Virus record (IMG/VR): IMGVR_UViG_3300029319_000012
Span: 42,406-106,405 of that record
From: a virus
Length of the DNA stretch: 64,000 nt
Direction: 5' to 3' (one strand)
Under the pieces are notes generated by a model. The model made no database searches. It was not told the DNA's origin and worked only from the letters and a program-made list of their open reading frames with translations. The first letter of the stretch is position 1. Every line of letters begins with the position of its first letter. The position numbers and the translations under genes were made by a program. Shown here in pieces: positions 50,973 to 59,806 of the stretch.

Positions 50973-51524
50973 GTGCAGAAACTATTTGAAAATTGGCGAC
51001 AGTATCTACAGGAAAGTAAAGGCAGCAAATATAAAGAATTGCTAAGCGCCATTCTCAAAGGAGACCAGGCTTTAAGAAAAGAATTTGCATTGTTAATAAA
51101 AAAAGAAGGCGGCTGGTCAAGAGAATTGGCAAATAGATTTGCAGAAAAGCACGGCAATCCAAAAGACGATATATTTGGTGACAAAACAAGACATAAAAAA
51201 ATACTGCCAGTTTTACCTAAATTAGATTATCAAAACTTTGACGATGAAGATTGGAGCAATCTTGATCCTTTTATAATACATTTAAGAGATAGAAAATATT
51301 TACCTGTTCGTAAAAAAGTATTATTAGCCATGGTTAAATATAAAAGATACTGGCGAGATTTAACAACTGATATGGCAAGAGAACTTGATATGCTTCCAGA
51401 GCTTGAAAATACTCAATTATCATATCCAACAGATACTCAAGATAATGGAAAAGTTGACAAGCTTTTAAAAAGCAAAGGTATGGGTTGGGAGCAATTAAAA
51501 AATCAAGTTTTACAAACTAAATAA
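50973..51524 (+). CDS. Hypothetical protein with KLFENWR leader; body weakly DUF6624-like
   Basis: MQKLFENWRQYLQE leader; DQALR, IIHLRD, LTTD and NTQ recall the DUF6624 DQxxR / QH / LxDR / GTQ order. Confidence 0.6.
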   Translation: MQKLFENWRQYLQESKGSKYKELLSAILKGDQALRKEFALLIKKEGGWSRELANRFAEKHGNPKDDIFGDKTRHKKILPVLPKLDYQNFDDEDWSNLDPFIIHLRDRKYLPVRKKVLLAMVKYKRYWRDLTTDMARELDMLPELENTQLSYPTDTQDNGKVDKLLKSKGMGWEQLKNQVLQTK

Positions 51525-51531
51525 CTACTTA
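51524..51531 (+). promoter_or_regulatory. Candidate late promoter (ACTACTTA)
   Basis: Spans the last stop-codon base and the short gap; 4 nt before ATG 51536. Confidence 0.55.
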
Positions 51532-51535
51532 TTAT

Positions 51536-52093
51536 ATGAAAAAACTATTTGAAAACTGGCGAAAGTATGTAAACGAACAATCTTCTGTTGTCCCAGGCAC
51601 TGGACCTGAGGGCACTAGTGGAATTGAGCAAGCAACTCAAAGTTTGATTCGAAAAAAAATACTAGAGCCAAAGCCTAAGTCAGCCGGGTCTAAACAGGCA
51701 GCTGCAAATGTTGAATTTGATCCTGAGTCTTTAGAAGTTGCAACCGACGATTTTGATGATGAGGATGCAGCTGCCGAAGATACGCCTAGCGCCGAGCCTG
51801 AAGCAGCTGCAGGAGGGAGAGAGGCAAGAGAGTTTGTAGTCTTTTCCATAGATACCGATCACCAAGACGAAATAGTGGATGATTCTTATAAAGATATAAT
51901 GGCATCGAGAGATCCCGAAGAAATAAGACTGGCAGCACAATTTGCTCGTATGGGTGAAAAAGCGGCAAAGGACATACTCAAAAAGCAGTATCGTGAATAT
52001 ATGCAAGCAGTTGCCAGCGGTCAGGTACCACTCACCCCTGATGAAATAAGATCCCTGACAAAAGGGACCATGATCGCATCTGAGCCAAATTAG
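51536..52093 (+). CDS. Acidic hypothetical protein with KLFENWR leader
   Basis: MKKLFENWRKYVNE leader nearly identical to the preceding gene; remainder unrelated. Confidence 0.7.
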   Translation: MKKLFENWRKYVNEQSSVVPGTGPEGTSGIEQATQSLIRKKILEPKPKSAGSKQAAANVEFDPESLEVATDDFDDEDAAAEDTPSAEPEAAAGGREAREFVVFSIDTDHQDEIVDDSYKDIMASRDPEEIRLAAQFARMGEKAAKDILKKQYREYMQAVASGQVPLTPDEIRSLTKGTMIASEPN

Positions 52094-52102
52094 AAATAAT
52101 AA

Positions 52103-52110
52103 ACTACTTA
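52103..52110 (+). promoter_or_regulatory. Candidate late promoter (ACTACTTA)
   Basis: Intergenic, before AGGAGG (52118-52123) and ATG 52132. Confidence 0.55.
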
Positions 52111-52131
52111 CTGTACTAGGAGGTCCATATC

Positions 52132-52326
52132 ATGGCACAGATGAGAGCATGGCTTGACAAACACGTTGAGCGTTTTATTTCAAGAAAGTTTTTGGCGTGG
52201 GGTACGGCTACATACCTTGTCTATATGAACGCCCTTACGAGCGAAGATTGGGTTGCAGTCACGCTTGCTTATATCGGATCACAAGCACTTGTTGATCTTG
52301 CCACGCAATGGAAACATGGAAGATGA
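52132..52326 (+). CDS. Small two-TM membrane protein, holin-like
   Basis: 64 aa; SRKF followed by two hydrophobic segments and a short basic C-terminus; strong RBS. Confidence 0.55.
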   Translation: MAQMRAWLDKHVERFISRKFLAWGTATYLVYMNALTSEDWVAVTLAYIGSQALVDLATQWKHGR

Positions 52327-52439
52327 AAAATATATTACAAAAAATCTTAAACTTATTTAAAAAGGCTTGCTGCTGTGTAGAGCAGCGCTGCAAAAGCTGT
52401 TGCGCTTGCTGTAAGTGCGTTAGTTGCGAGGGATGTTAA
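52323..52439 (+). CDS. 38-aa cysteine-rich, metallothionein-like peptide, absent from the ORF track
   Basis: MKNILQKILNLFKKACCCVEQRCKSCCACCKCVSCEGC*; 11 Cys; ATGA overlap upstream and TAATG overlap downstream. Confidence 0.75.
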   Translation: MKNILQKILNLFKKACCCVEQRCKSCCACCKCVSCEGC

Positions 52440-52756
52440 TGAAAATCACAAAACAACGATTAAGGCAGTTAATCAAAGAAGAGCTGGGAAATATTGACAA
52501 AGACGGCGATGCGGATGATGCAGCTGAGTTGCGTGATGAAGGTCAGGAAGTAGAAGAGCTTGTAGGTGATTTAGATTTTTATCATTCTGAGGTGTCTAAA
52601 GATAATAAAGGATTTTTTGCATCTCTAGTTGATATGACAGGCAATTTCTTAGATCGTCGCAAGGATGAGCTAGCTGATGAGTTAAAGCAAGCTTGTATTA
52701 GAGTCTTGCTAGATGCAAAATCAAATGCCTATAAATCAAATTTTCCGTCAAGGTAG
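52439..52756 (+). CDS. Hypothetical protein with MKITKQRLRQLIKEE leader
   Basis: ATG 52439 in a TAATG overlap (preferred to track start 52424); amphipathic leader ending I-K-E, then acidic body. Confidence 0.7.
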   Translation: MKITKQRLRQLIKEELGNIDKDGDADDAAELRDEGQEVEELVGDLDFYHSEVSKDNKGFFASLVDMTGNFLDRRKDELADELKQACIRVLLDAKSNAYKSNFPSR

Positions 52757-52767
52757 GAGTGCATAAT

Positions 52768-53163
52768 ATGCTTACTGTTGTTTTTTGGAAAAAACTTTGG
52801 TCTTGGATTAAACACTATTGGTATTTTCCTATTATAATAGGATTAATAATCTTTGCATATATCTCTGGATCATCTGCAAAAGAGAAACTTTTTAAAGTTC
52901 TAACAGATCAAAAAGAAAATCACAAAAAAGAAATTGAATTAATTAACAATACAAATGTTGAAAAAGAAGAAATTAAAAAAGAAATTATTGAAAAACATAA
53001 AGAAGAAATTGAACGTATTGAACAAGAGCACGGCGTTCAAATTCAAGACCTAGAAGAGGAAAAGCAAGAAGAGCTGCTGTCTACTATTGAAGAAAAGAAA
53101 GATAAGCCAGATGATTTAGCAAAAGATATTGCTGCTCTCCTCGGTGCAAAACACATAGAATAG
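52768..53163 (+). CDS. Membrane-anchored coiled-coil protein (i-spanin-like topology)
   Basis: AGGAG 52755-52759 favours ATG 52768; one N-terminal TM, then an E/K-rich coiled coil. Confidence 0.55.
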   Translation: MLTVVFWKKLWSWIKHYWYFPIIIGLIIFAYISGSSAKEKLFKVLTDQKENHKKEIELINNTNVEKEEIKKEIIEKHKEEIERIEQEHGVQIQDLEEEKQEELLSTIEEKKDKPDDLAKDIAALLGAKHIE

Positions 53164-53173
53164 AAGGTGTAAA

Positions 53174-53632
53174 ATGTTTAAGAAAATTATCGCTGTCATT
53201 GTGTGCGCAATGATGATTATAATTCCAACTAGCGTGTCAGCACAGGAATTGCAAGGTAAAGTTATGTCCCTGGAGTATGATGAAAAAGCTCCCTATGCAG
53301 GCATTCTGCTTGACCCTATCGCAGCATCTAAGATGATTGTTGATAGAAAATACATTTCAAAAGAGATTGAGTTGGAGCTAAGAAAAGAATTTCAAAAAGA
53401 TTTGTCTGATAGAACATTATCACTTAATTTAGTTGAAGCAGAACTACAAAGTCTTCGCGACTTGCATACTAAAACAATTGAGTTGAAGGACAATCAGATT
53501 GATCAGTTGCAAATGGCTCTAAAAGATGAAGTGTCTGATGACCATACGGAGTGGTGGGCACTTGGTGGCGTATTGATTGGCATAGCTCTTTCTGTTGCCG
53601 TGTTTTATGCGAGTGTTGAAGTTGCCAAATGA
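53174..53632 (+). CDS. Exported coiled-coil protein with signal peptide and C-terminal TM
   Basis: MFKKIIAVIVCAMMIIIPTSVSA|Q signal-peptide pattern; WWALGGVLIGIALSVAVFYA C-terminal TM. Confidence 0.6.
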   Translation: MFKKIIAVIVCAMMIIIPTSVSAQELQGKVMSLEYDEKAPYAGILLDPIAASKMIVDRKYISKEIELELRKEFQKDLSDRTLSLNLVEAELQSLRDLHTKTIELKDNQIDQLQMALKDEVSDDHTEWWALGGVLIGIALSVAVFYASVEVAK

Positions 53633-54021
53633 AAAAAGATTTAAACTATATCGCAAAACTAGAGAAGGCGATTAAAAAAAAGTATGGCGACGAGGCGATT
53701 GAAAACCCAGCAAAACATTGGGATGAGCAAAAAGAAAAAGAATACCTCCTGCAGTTAAAAGATTTTGTTGAAAAGCAACGTAAAAAAGAAGCAGATGTAG
53801 AGCCTGAAAATGTTAATGGTGTTTTAATTACACGAAAACTACTTAATAGAGACAATAAAATAAATTGCCCAGTTTGTTCTAGTATGATTAGAACAGTCAA
53901 CGACGACATCTATATGTTAAAGTATGATTGCTGTGAAAAATGTTTTTTTCAGCACGTTGATGGTCGCGAAGACCGCTGGCTAAAAGGATGGAGACCAGAA
54001 AATGTCAGAAGCAGCACTTGA
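53629..54021 (+). CDS. Hypothetical protein with a C-terminal Zn finger
   Basis: CPVC...CCEKC; ATGA overlap. Confidence 0.7.
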   Translation: MKKDLNYIAKLEKAIKKKYGDEAIENPAKHWDEQKEKEYLLQLKDFVEKQRKKEADVEPENVNGVLITRKLLNRDNKINCPVCSSMIRTVNDDIYMLKYDCCEKCFFQHVDGREDRWLKGWRPENVRSST

Positions 54022-54529
54022 AATTGTAAAAGGAATATCCAGAGCAGCCGGCGATGCTTATGATGGCGCAATGGACGAAAACAATGAGCCAATCAAATTT
54101 GGCTTAAAGAGAGAGGAAGGAAATCCGCTTCTTGACCGTAGAACAATGGATGGATTTGGCTGTAAAGTAAGCGGCACTAAGCTAATATTGAGCTATCATT
54201 CTGAGATCCAACTTAAAGAAGTCTATGGTGGCGATTTTGAAGGCGAAATTGAGCAAAGATTAGCTGATATTGTTAGCGGTTTAAAGAAAAGATATAAGAC
54301 ACACACCGGCAAAAACCTTGGTCTTAAAGCTTTAGGCGAAGTTGATGCTCGTGTTGAAAAAATCAGTAATGTTCGTGTGCAGGTCACCGCGCAGAAAATG
54401 TATGAAATTGCTGGCATGGACGGTGTTGAGGTAGTTTTGGATGAATCAAAGCCAGAAGAAAGATTCAAAGAATTTCTATCTCAAAACTCTGACAAGCGCC
54501 CGCCTAATGACTCGCGCAAAGCAGAGTAA
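54002..54529 (+). CDS. Hypothetical protein immediately upstream of TerL
   Basis: 175-aa ORF coupled to terL by TAATG. Confidence 0.7.
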   Translation: MSEAALEIVKGISRAAGDAYDGAMDENNEPIKFGLKREEGNPLLDRRTMDGFGCKVSGTKLILSYHSEIQLKEVYGGDFEGEIEQRLADIVSGLKKRYKTHTGKNLGLKALGEVDARVEKISNVRVQVTAQKMYEIAGMDGVEVVLDESKPEERFKEFLSQNSDKRPPNDSRKAE

Positions 54530-56115
54530 TGTCTTTTAAATTATCGCGAGATGAAATCTTAAAAGAAATTGTTAAGTCTGGCAAGGATCCAGTTTATTTT
54601 ATTAACAATTATGCTAAGATCTCCCACCCAATGCGAGGTCTTATTCCTTTTAATACTTATGATTTCCAAACTGACTTGTTGAAAGATTTCAATGATTATC
54701 GTTTCAATGTCATTCTTAAAGCCCGCCAGCTGGGTATTTCAACAATTACAGCTGCATATGTCGCATGGATGATGATGTTTCATCGCGACAAGAATGTTTT
54801 GGTTATAGCGACAAAGTTTAGCACTGCTGCAAATCTTGTTAAGAAAGTTAAGTCAATACATAGAAACTTGCCAAAATGGATGAAATTAGCGGACATATCT
54901 ATCGATAATAGAACTTCTTTTGAGTTGACTAATGGCTCGCAGATTAAGGCTAGTTCGACATCTGGCGACGCCGGTCGTTCTGAAGCGCTATCTCTCTTGG
55001 TTATTGACGAGGCTGCACACGTTGAAGGTCTGGATGAACTATGGACTGGCTTGTACCCTACACTGTCTACTGGTGGTCGCTGTATTGCTCTCTCAACTCC
55101 TAACGGCGTTGGCAATTGGTTTCATCAAACTTGCATTGACGCAGAGATAGAAAAAAACGATTTTCATTTAGTTACTTTGCCATGGCAAGTACATCCTGAC
55201 AGAGATCAAGAATGGTTTGACAAAGAAACAAAAAATATGTCACGCCGTCAAATTGCTCAGGAGCTAGAATGCAACTTCAATATGTCTGGCGAGACTGTTT
55301 TTCACCCAGAGGATATGGAGCTAATTTCACAAGGTGTTGAAGATCCGAAGTATAAAACTGGCTTTGACAGAAACTTGTGGATTTGGGAAGAGTATAAACC
55401 AGAAAATAATTACATGCTTTCGGGCGATGTCGCTCGGGGCGACGGCGCTGACTATTCAACGTTTCATATCTTTAAATTAGAAACAAATGAGTTGGTTGCA
55501 GAGTACAGAGGCAAGCCAACACCTGATATCTTTGCTGATATGCTGATGGGCGTTGGAAAAGAATATGGTAGTTGTATGATGGTTGTTGAAAACAATTCAG
55601 TTGGATGGACAGTCCTTAACAAGTTGCAAGAGCTAGGCTACCCCAATATATATTATTCTAAGAAATCAACACATGAATATGTTGATCCATTAATGGCGGA
55701 AAGCTCAAATTCAGTCGTGCCTGGATTTACAACTTCTCAAAAAACAAGACCTTTGGTTGTAGCCAAATTAGAAGAGTTTGTTAGAAATAAACTAATTAAC
55801 ATTAGGTCGAAGAGATTATACAATGAGATGAAGACGTTTGTGTGGCAGAATGGCAAGCCACAAGCAATGAAAAAACACAATGATGATTTAATTATGGCGT
55901 GTGCAATAGGCTGCTGGGTTCGTGACACTGCTTTTGCGGTGAACCAAAGAGATGTTGAGTACCAAAAAGCATTTTTATCATCAATAACCACTTCAAATAG
56001 AAAACTAAACACAACAATTCCTGGAATGATTGCTTACGATAAGCTAAAAACAGAGAAAAAATTAGAAAATGCATCAAAAATGTACACTGATCATTTGTGG
56101 CTGCTAAAGGGGTAA
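54529..56115 (+). CDS. terL: Terminase large subunit (T4 gp17-like)
   Basis: KARQLGIS Walker A variant, LLVIDEAAH Walker B, STPNG motif, DVARGDGADYS and HNDDLIMA nuclease motifs. Confidence 0.96.
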   Translation: MSFKLSRDEILKEIVKSGKDPVYFINNYAKISHPMRGLIPFNTYDFQTDLLKDFNDYRFNVILKARQLGISTITAAYVAWMMMFHRDKNVLVIATKFSTAANLVKKVKSIHRNLPKWMKLADISIDNRTSFELTNGSQIKASSTSGDAGRSEALSLLVIDEAAHVEGLDELWTGLYPTLSTGGRCIALSTPNGVGNWFHQTCIDAEIEKNDFHLVTLPWQVHPDRDQEWFDKETKNMSRRQIAQELECNFNMSGETVFHPEDMELISQGVEDPKYKTGFDRNLWIWEEYKPENNYMLSGDVARGDGADYSTFHIFKLETNELVAEYRGKPTPDIFADMLMGVGKEYGSCMMVVENNSVGWTVLNKLQELGYPNIYYSKKSTHEYVDPLMAESSNSVVPGFTTSQKTRPLVVAKLEEFVRNKLINIRSKRLYNEMKTFVWQNGKPQAMKKHNDDLIMACAIGCWVRDTAFAVNQRDVEYQKAFLSSITTSNRKLNTTIPGMIAYDKLKTEKKLENASKMYTDHLWLLKG

Positions 56116-56118
56116 AAA

Positions 56119-58113
56119 ATGGCATCAAAGATTAACAAAAAAGGGTCAAGAAACCCAACAAATCCTTTATTTCAGCAGCTGACCAAGCTTTTGTCTGGTC
56201 CATTGGTTAACTATCGCAGGCAGGACACTAGAAAACTTAAAAGAAGGCAGCTAGATAAGTACAAAACTCGCTTTCGATCAGCCAGCGGCAAAGAATTTAA
56301 GCTTTCTTCCTACGATGATATCTATGGTTCCTTGCAAGCTGATTTTTATGCTAGCCAAAATAGAATTGATAGGTATGTTGACTTTGATCAAATGGAGTAT
56401 ACACCAGAAATTGCATCTGCAATGGATATTTACGCAGATGAAATGACAACCAGCTCTGTCTATAGACCGATTCTTAATATTATTTGTAGCAATCAAGAAA
56501 TTAAAGCAGTTCTTGAGACCTTGTTCTATAATGTTTTAAATGTAGAGTTCAATTTATATGGTTGGTCAAGGTCCATGTGTAAATATGGTGATTATTTTTT
56601 ATATTTGGATATCGAAGAGGACCAAGGAATAAAAAATGTTATTGGCTTGCCTGTTAACGAAGTCGAGCGCCTTGAGGGTGAAGATAAAAATAACCCAAAT
56701 TATGTTCAGTATCAATGGAATACAGCCGGCTTGACATTGGAAAATTGGCAAATGGGTCATTTTCGTATTTTAGGAAATGATAAGTTCGCTCCGTATGGCA
56801 CGTCTATATTGGAGCCGGCAAGAAGAATTTGGAGACAGTTAACTCTTATTGAAGATGCGGTAATGGCTTATAGAGTTGTCCGATCTCCTGACAGAAGAGT
56901 TTTTTATATTGATGTTGGTAACATTCCGCCTGAAGATGTTGAGCAGTACATGCAGCGCGTTATGACACAAATGAAGCGCAATCAGATTGTCGATGTTAAC
57001 TCAGGTCGTGTTGATTTAAGATACAACCCTCTAAGTGTTGAAGAGGATTACTATATTCCTGTGAGAGGACAAGCCTCAAATACAAGAATAGAAAGTCTAG
57101 GTGGAGGAAAATACACTGGGGATATTGAAGATTTAAAATATTTAAGAGATAAGTTGTTCAGTGCGTTAAAAATACCAATGTCTTATTTATCTAGAGGTGA
57201 TGGGCAGGCAGAAGACAAGTCTACCTTGGCACAGAAAGATATTCGCTTTGCAAGAACAATTCAAAGGCTTCAGCGTTCTGTCGTATCGGAGCTAGAAAAA
57301 ATTGCTATTGTTCATTTGTTTACAATGGGCTATCGCGGCAATGATCTATTATCTTTTAAACTAAACTTAAACAATCCGTCAAAACTTGCAGAGCTTCAAG
57401 AGCTAGAGCATTGGAAAGCTCGCTTTGATGCTGCAGGAAATGCTTCAGAGGGCTACTTTAGTCGACGCTGGATTGCAAAAAATATTCTTAATGTTCAAGA
57501 GGAAGAGTTTGAAAGAATGCAGAATGAGATGTTCTATGATAGAAAACATGATTTTGCGTTAGAGCAAGTTGGTGAAGCCATGGCTGCAGCTGCAGGCGGC
57601 GGTGGAGGAGCTGCTCTTCCAGGTCTTGAGGGTGAAGCAGGAGCAGCACCTGATGCTGGTGATATAGACTTGCCTGAACCGGAAGCAACTCCAGAGCCGG
57701 AAGCACCAGCAGACACAGGTCCACTTTTGGCGACACCAGGAGCCGAGCCAGCCGCAGAGCCTAGTCCTGCAGCCCCTGGAAAAAGAGACGACGAAGTAAA
57801 AGATAAATTTGGTCGTACCGTGCGTGTCACAAAAGGTGCAAAGGGTAAAAAGTATCGCCCTGTTGTGGGCGAAGATGGCAGGTCGGGACCAGGCGCTAGA
57901 ATTAAATCTAGGCGCGGTTCTTACGCAGGAGGACCTAAGTCATCTTTCCCAGGCTCAAGCGAGATAAAGAGCATAGCAAAGATGACTAGGCTTTCAGAAA
58001 ATGTTAATGCTAATTATAATGAGCAAGAACAAAGTATATTTAACGACAATAGTCATGTAAAGAAGCTTATTGAGTCTTTAGAGAGGTCCACGGATGAAGC
58101 ACAGTCACAATAA
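56119..58113 (+). CDS. Portal protein (T4 gp20-like)
   Basis: LIEDAVMAYRVVRSPDRRVFYIDVGNIP, EEDYYIPVRG, DIEDLKYLRDKLFSALKIP; follows terL. Confidence 0.95.
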   Translation: MASKINKKGSRNPTNPLFQQLTKLLSGPLVNYRRQDTRKLKRRQLDKYKTRFRSASGKEFKLSSYDDIYGSLQADFYASQNRIDRYVDFDQMEYTPEIASAMDIYADEMTTSSVYRPILNIICSNQEIKAVLETLFYNVLNVEFNLYGWSRSMCKYGDYFLYLDIEEDQGIKNVIGLPVNEVERLEGEDKNNPNYVQYQWNTAGLTLENWQMGHFRILGNDKFAPYGTSILEPARRIWRQLTLIEDAVMAYRVVRSPDRRVFYIDVGNIPPEDVEQYMQRVMTQMKRNQIVDVNSGRVDLRYNPLSVEEDYYIPVRGQASNTRIESLGGGKYTGDIEDLKYLRDKLFSALKIPMSYLSRGDGQAEDKSTLAQKDIRFARTIQRLQRSVVSELEKIAIVHLFTMGYRGNDLLSFKLNLNNPSKLAELQELEHWKARFDAAGNASEGYFSRRWIAKNILNVQEEEFERMQNEMFYDRKHDFALEQVGEAMAAAAGGGGGAALPGLEGEAGAAPDAGDIDLPEPEATPEPEAPADTGPLLATPGAEPAAEPSPAAPGKRDDEVKDKFGRTVRVTKGAKGKKYRPVVGEDGRSGPGARIKSRRGSYAGGPKSSFPGSSEIKSIAKMTRLSENVNANYNEQEQSIFNDNSHVKKLIESLERSTDEAQSQ

Positions 58114-58903
58114 AAAAAGAAACACAGCATTTATATTTGAAGCATTGATAAAAGAGCTGGCTAAGGCTTCAATGGATAAAGACGCAGACAGAAAAAACAA
58201 ATGCTTGTCGATCATAAAAGAATTTTTTAAAAAAGGCTCGGTGCTTAAAAAAGATTTAGAGATATATGATTCACTTTCGCAAGTCGATGATTTAGACCAA
58301 GTAACAATTGAGAAGATAGTACAAGAATCAAAAGTTCAATTTAAAAGACTCAATAGAGAAAAAGTGTTTAACCAGCAAAGTCGTCTAATAAACATTATTA
58401 ACAAAGTTTTAGGTGAATCTGTGTGGGACAATTTTACTGTTAAATATAAAAAACTAGCAACAATTAATCAGGTGCTAGAACAGCAAAAAAACCCTAAATC
58501 ACAAGTGTTGGTCGAAAGCAAGTTGGTTAGCATGCTTTGCGCCACAGAAACTAAGACTCCCTTTCCTAATGTTAACAACCTCGCAGTGAAGACATTTATT
58601 GAAAAGTTCAATGAGCAGTATTCTGAAAACTTATCTGAGTCACAAAAGTCATTTTTGTCAAAGTATATTCAGACTAATGGCGAAGATAGCGTAGATTTTA
58701 AAGTTTACGTTTACCAAGAGATTGATAAAATTAAATCTTTCCTAAATGAAAATATACAAAATTATGATGGGGCTTTAGCTGAAAATGTAAAAAAAGTAGT
58801 AGACAAAGTATCTAAGTTTAATACTAAGAAGTTTGATGATGAGTTTGTTTTTGATGTTTTAAGAATACAAACTTTAGTGGAGAAATTAGAGCACAATGGC
58901 TAA
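58094..58903 (+). CDS. Head-module hypothetical protein (possible prohead core component)
   Basis: MKHSHNKKRNTAFIFEAL; several L-x-E sites; between portal and protease. Confidence 0.65.
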   Translation: MKHSHNKKRNTAFIFEALIKELAKASMDKDADRKNKCLSIIKEFFKKGSVLKKDLEIYDSLSQVDDLDQVTIEKIVQESKVQFKRLNREKVFNQQSRLINIINKVLGESVWDNFTVKYKKLATINQVLEQQKNPKSQVLVESKLVSMLCATETKTPFPNVNNLAVKTFIEKFNEQYSENLSESQKSFLSKYIQTNGEDSVDFKVYVYQEIDKIKSFLNENIQNYDGALAENVKKVVDKVSKFNTKKFDDEFVFDVLRIQTLVEKLEHNG

Positions 58904-59423
58904 AGTAAAAATTAAAATAATTGCTGATGAAAAGCAAATACAAAAAATATTCCTTAAAGCAAAAAAGACTTTAGACGATAATATTATTATATATGATCAT
59001 CCTGAGGTAGAGATTCTCGTTATGCCCACTACTAATAAAATAGTTGCAATGCCTAAAGAGCAACTAGACGATGAAATTTATGACACACAAATGAGAATGT
59101 TTAAATTTCTAGCTTCTAAAGGTGTTGTTAACCATGACTCAATTCAAGCAGGTAACATATTCATGTCTATGGAAGGCACAATACCAGCCATGAAAGATGG
59201 AGATGCCCTTCAGCATGTTTTGCTAGTGCTTTCTAAGTTTATCGAAGGAGATTTACCATTCTACAAAGACTTAGAAAACTTTGAGAAAGAAACAGAACAA
59301 GCTTTGCTTGATCCAGAGCCTGATGAATATTCAGATTTTGATCCAGATCGACATGCCGAGAAGAAAGGCAGCTTAAGACCGCAATATCAGCAGTATGGTG
59401 TTGGTGCATTTTATAGAATATAG
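58896..59423 (+). CDS. Hypothetical protein
   Basis: 175-aa ORF overlapping the upstream stop. Confidence 0.7.
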   Translation: MAKVKIKIIADEKQIQKIFLKAKKTLDDNIIIYDHPEVEILVMPTTNKIVAMPKEQLDDEIYDTQMRMFKFLASKGVVNHDSIQAGNIFMSMEGTIPAMKDGDALQHVLLVLSKFIEGDLPFYKDLENFEKETEQALLDPEPDEYSDFDPDRHAEKKGSLRPQYQQYGVGAFYRI

Positions 59424-59430
59424 GTGATTT

Positions 59431-59754
59431 ATGGATTTAATTTATTTTATTCTGTGTTCATACGGAATGACTTTTATTTTGGTATACGGCTCTATCTTTA
59501 ATGCAATTAGACCAACCAGCGGTAAGTTAGGGGAATTATTTCATTGCCCACTTTGCACTGGCTTTTGGGTTGGCGTGTTTTTGTGGAGTATCAATTGCCT
59601 AACAGAACTATTTACTTATGATTACAATTTGATAAATGGTTTACTTTTGGGTAGTTTATCAGCCGGCACAAGTTATTTCTTGAGCATGTTGTTAGACGAT
59701 TTTGGCTTAAAATTTAGAAATACACAAGGGGGTGATGAAAATGAGACGGCGTAA
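59431..59754 (+). CDS. DUF1360-like membrane protein
   Basis: Hydrophobic segments with LFHCPLCTGFWVG (CPxCxxxW); AGGTGA RBS. Confidence 0.6.
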   Translation: MDLIYFILCSYGMTFILVYGSIFNAIRPTSGKLGELFHCPLCTGFWVGVFLWSINCLTELFTYDYNLINGLLLGSLSAGTSYFLSMLLDDFGLKFRNTQGGDENETA

Positions 59755-59806
59755 TTGTCCAGAAGTTCGACGTTGCTGCAATGGTAGCGAAACCATGCGG
59801 GGGTGA
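59735..59806 (+). CDS. 23-aa Arg/Cys-rich leader-like peptide (MKMRRRNCPEVRRCCNGSETMRG), absent from the ORF track
   Basis: AGGGGGTG RBS-like sequence upstream; ATG at 59735 or 59741; TGA lies in the loop of the downstream hairpin. Confidence 0.5.
   Translation: MKMRRRNCPEVRRCCNGSETMRG

Noticed and set aside
51517-51523. T4-like late promoter CTAAATA
   Set aside because: Formed by the last codons and stop of the 50973 gene and not repeated at other late-gene starts, whereas CTAnTTA is
54529-58113. Introns or inteins in terL or portal
   Set aside because: Both are continuous; TerL is normal length and the extra portal length is a low-complexity tail; no intein or homing-endonuclease motifs seen
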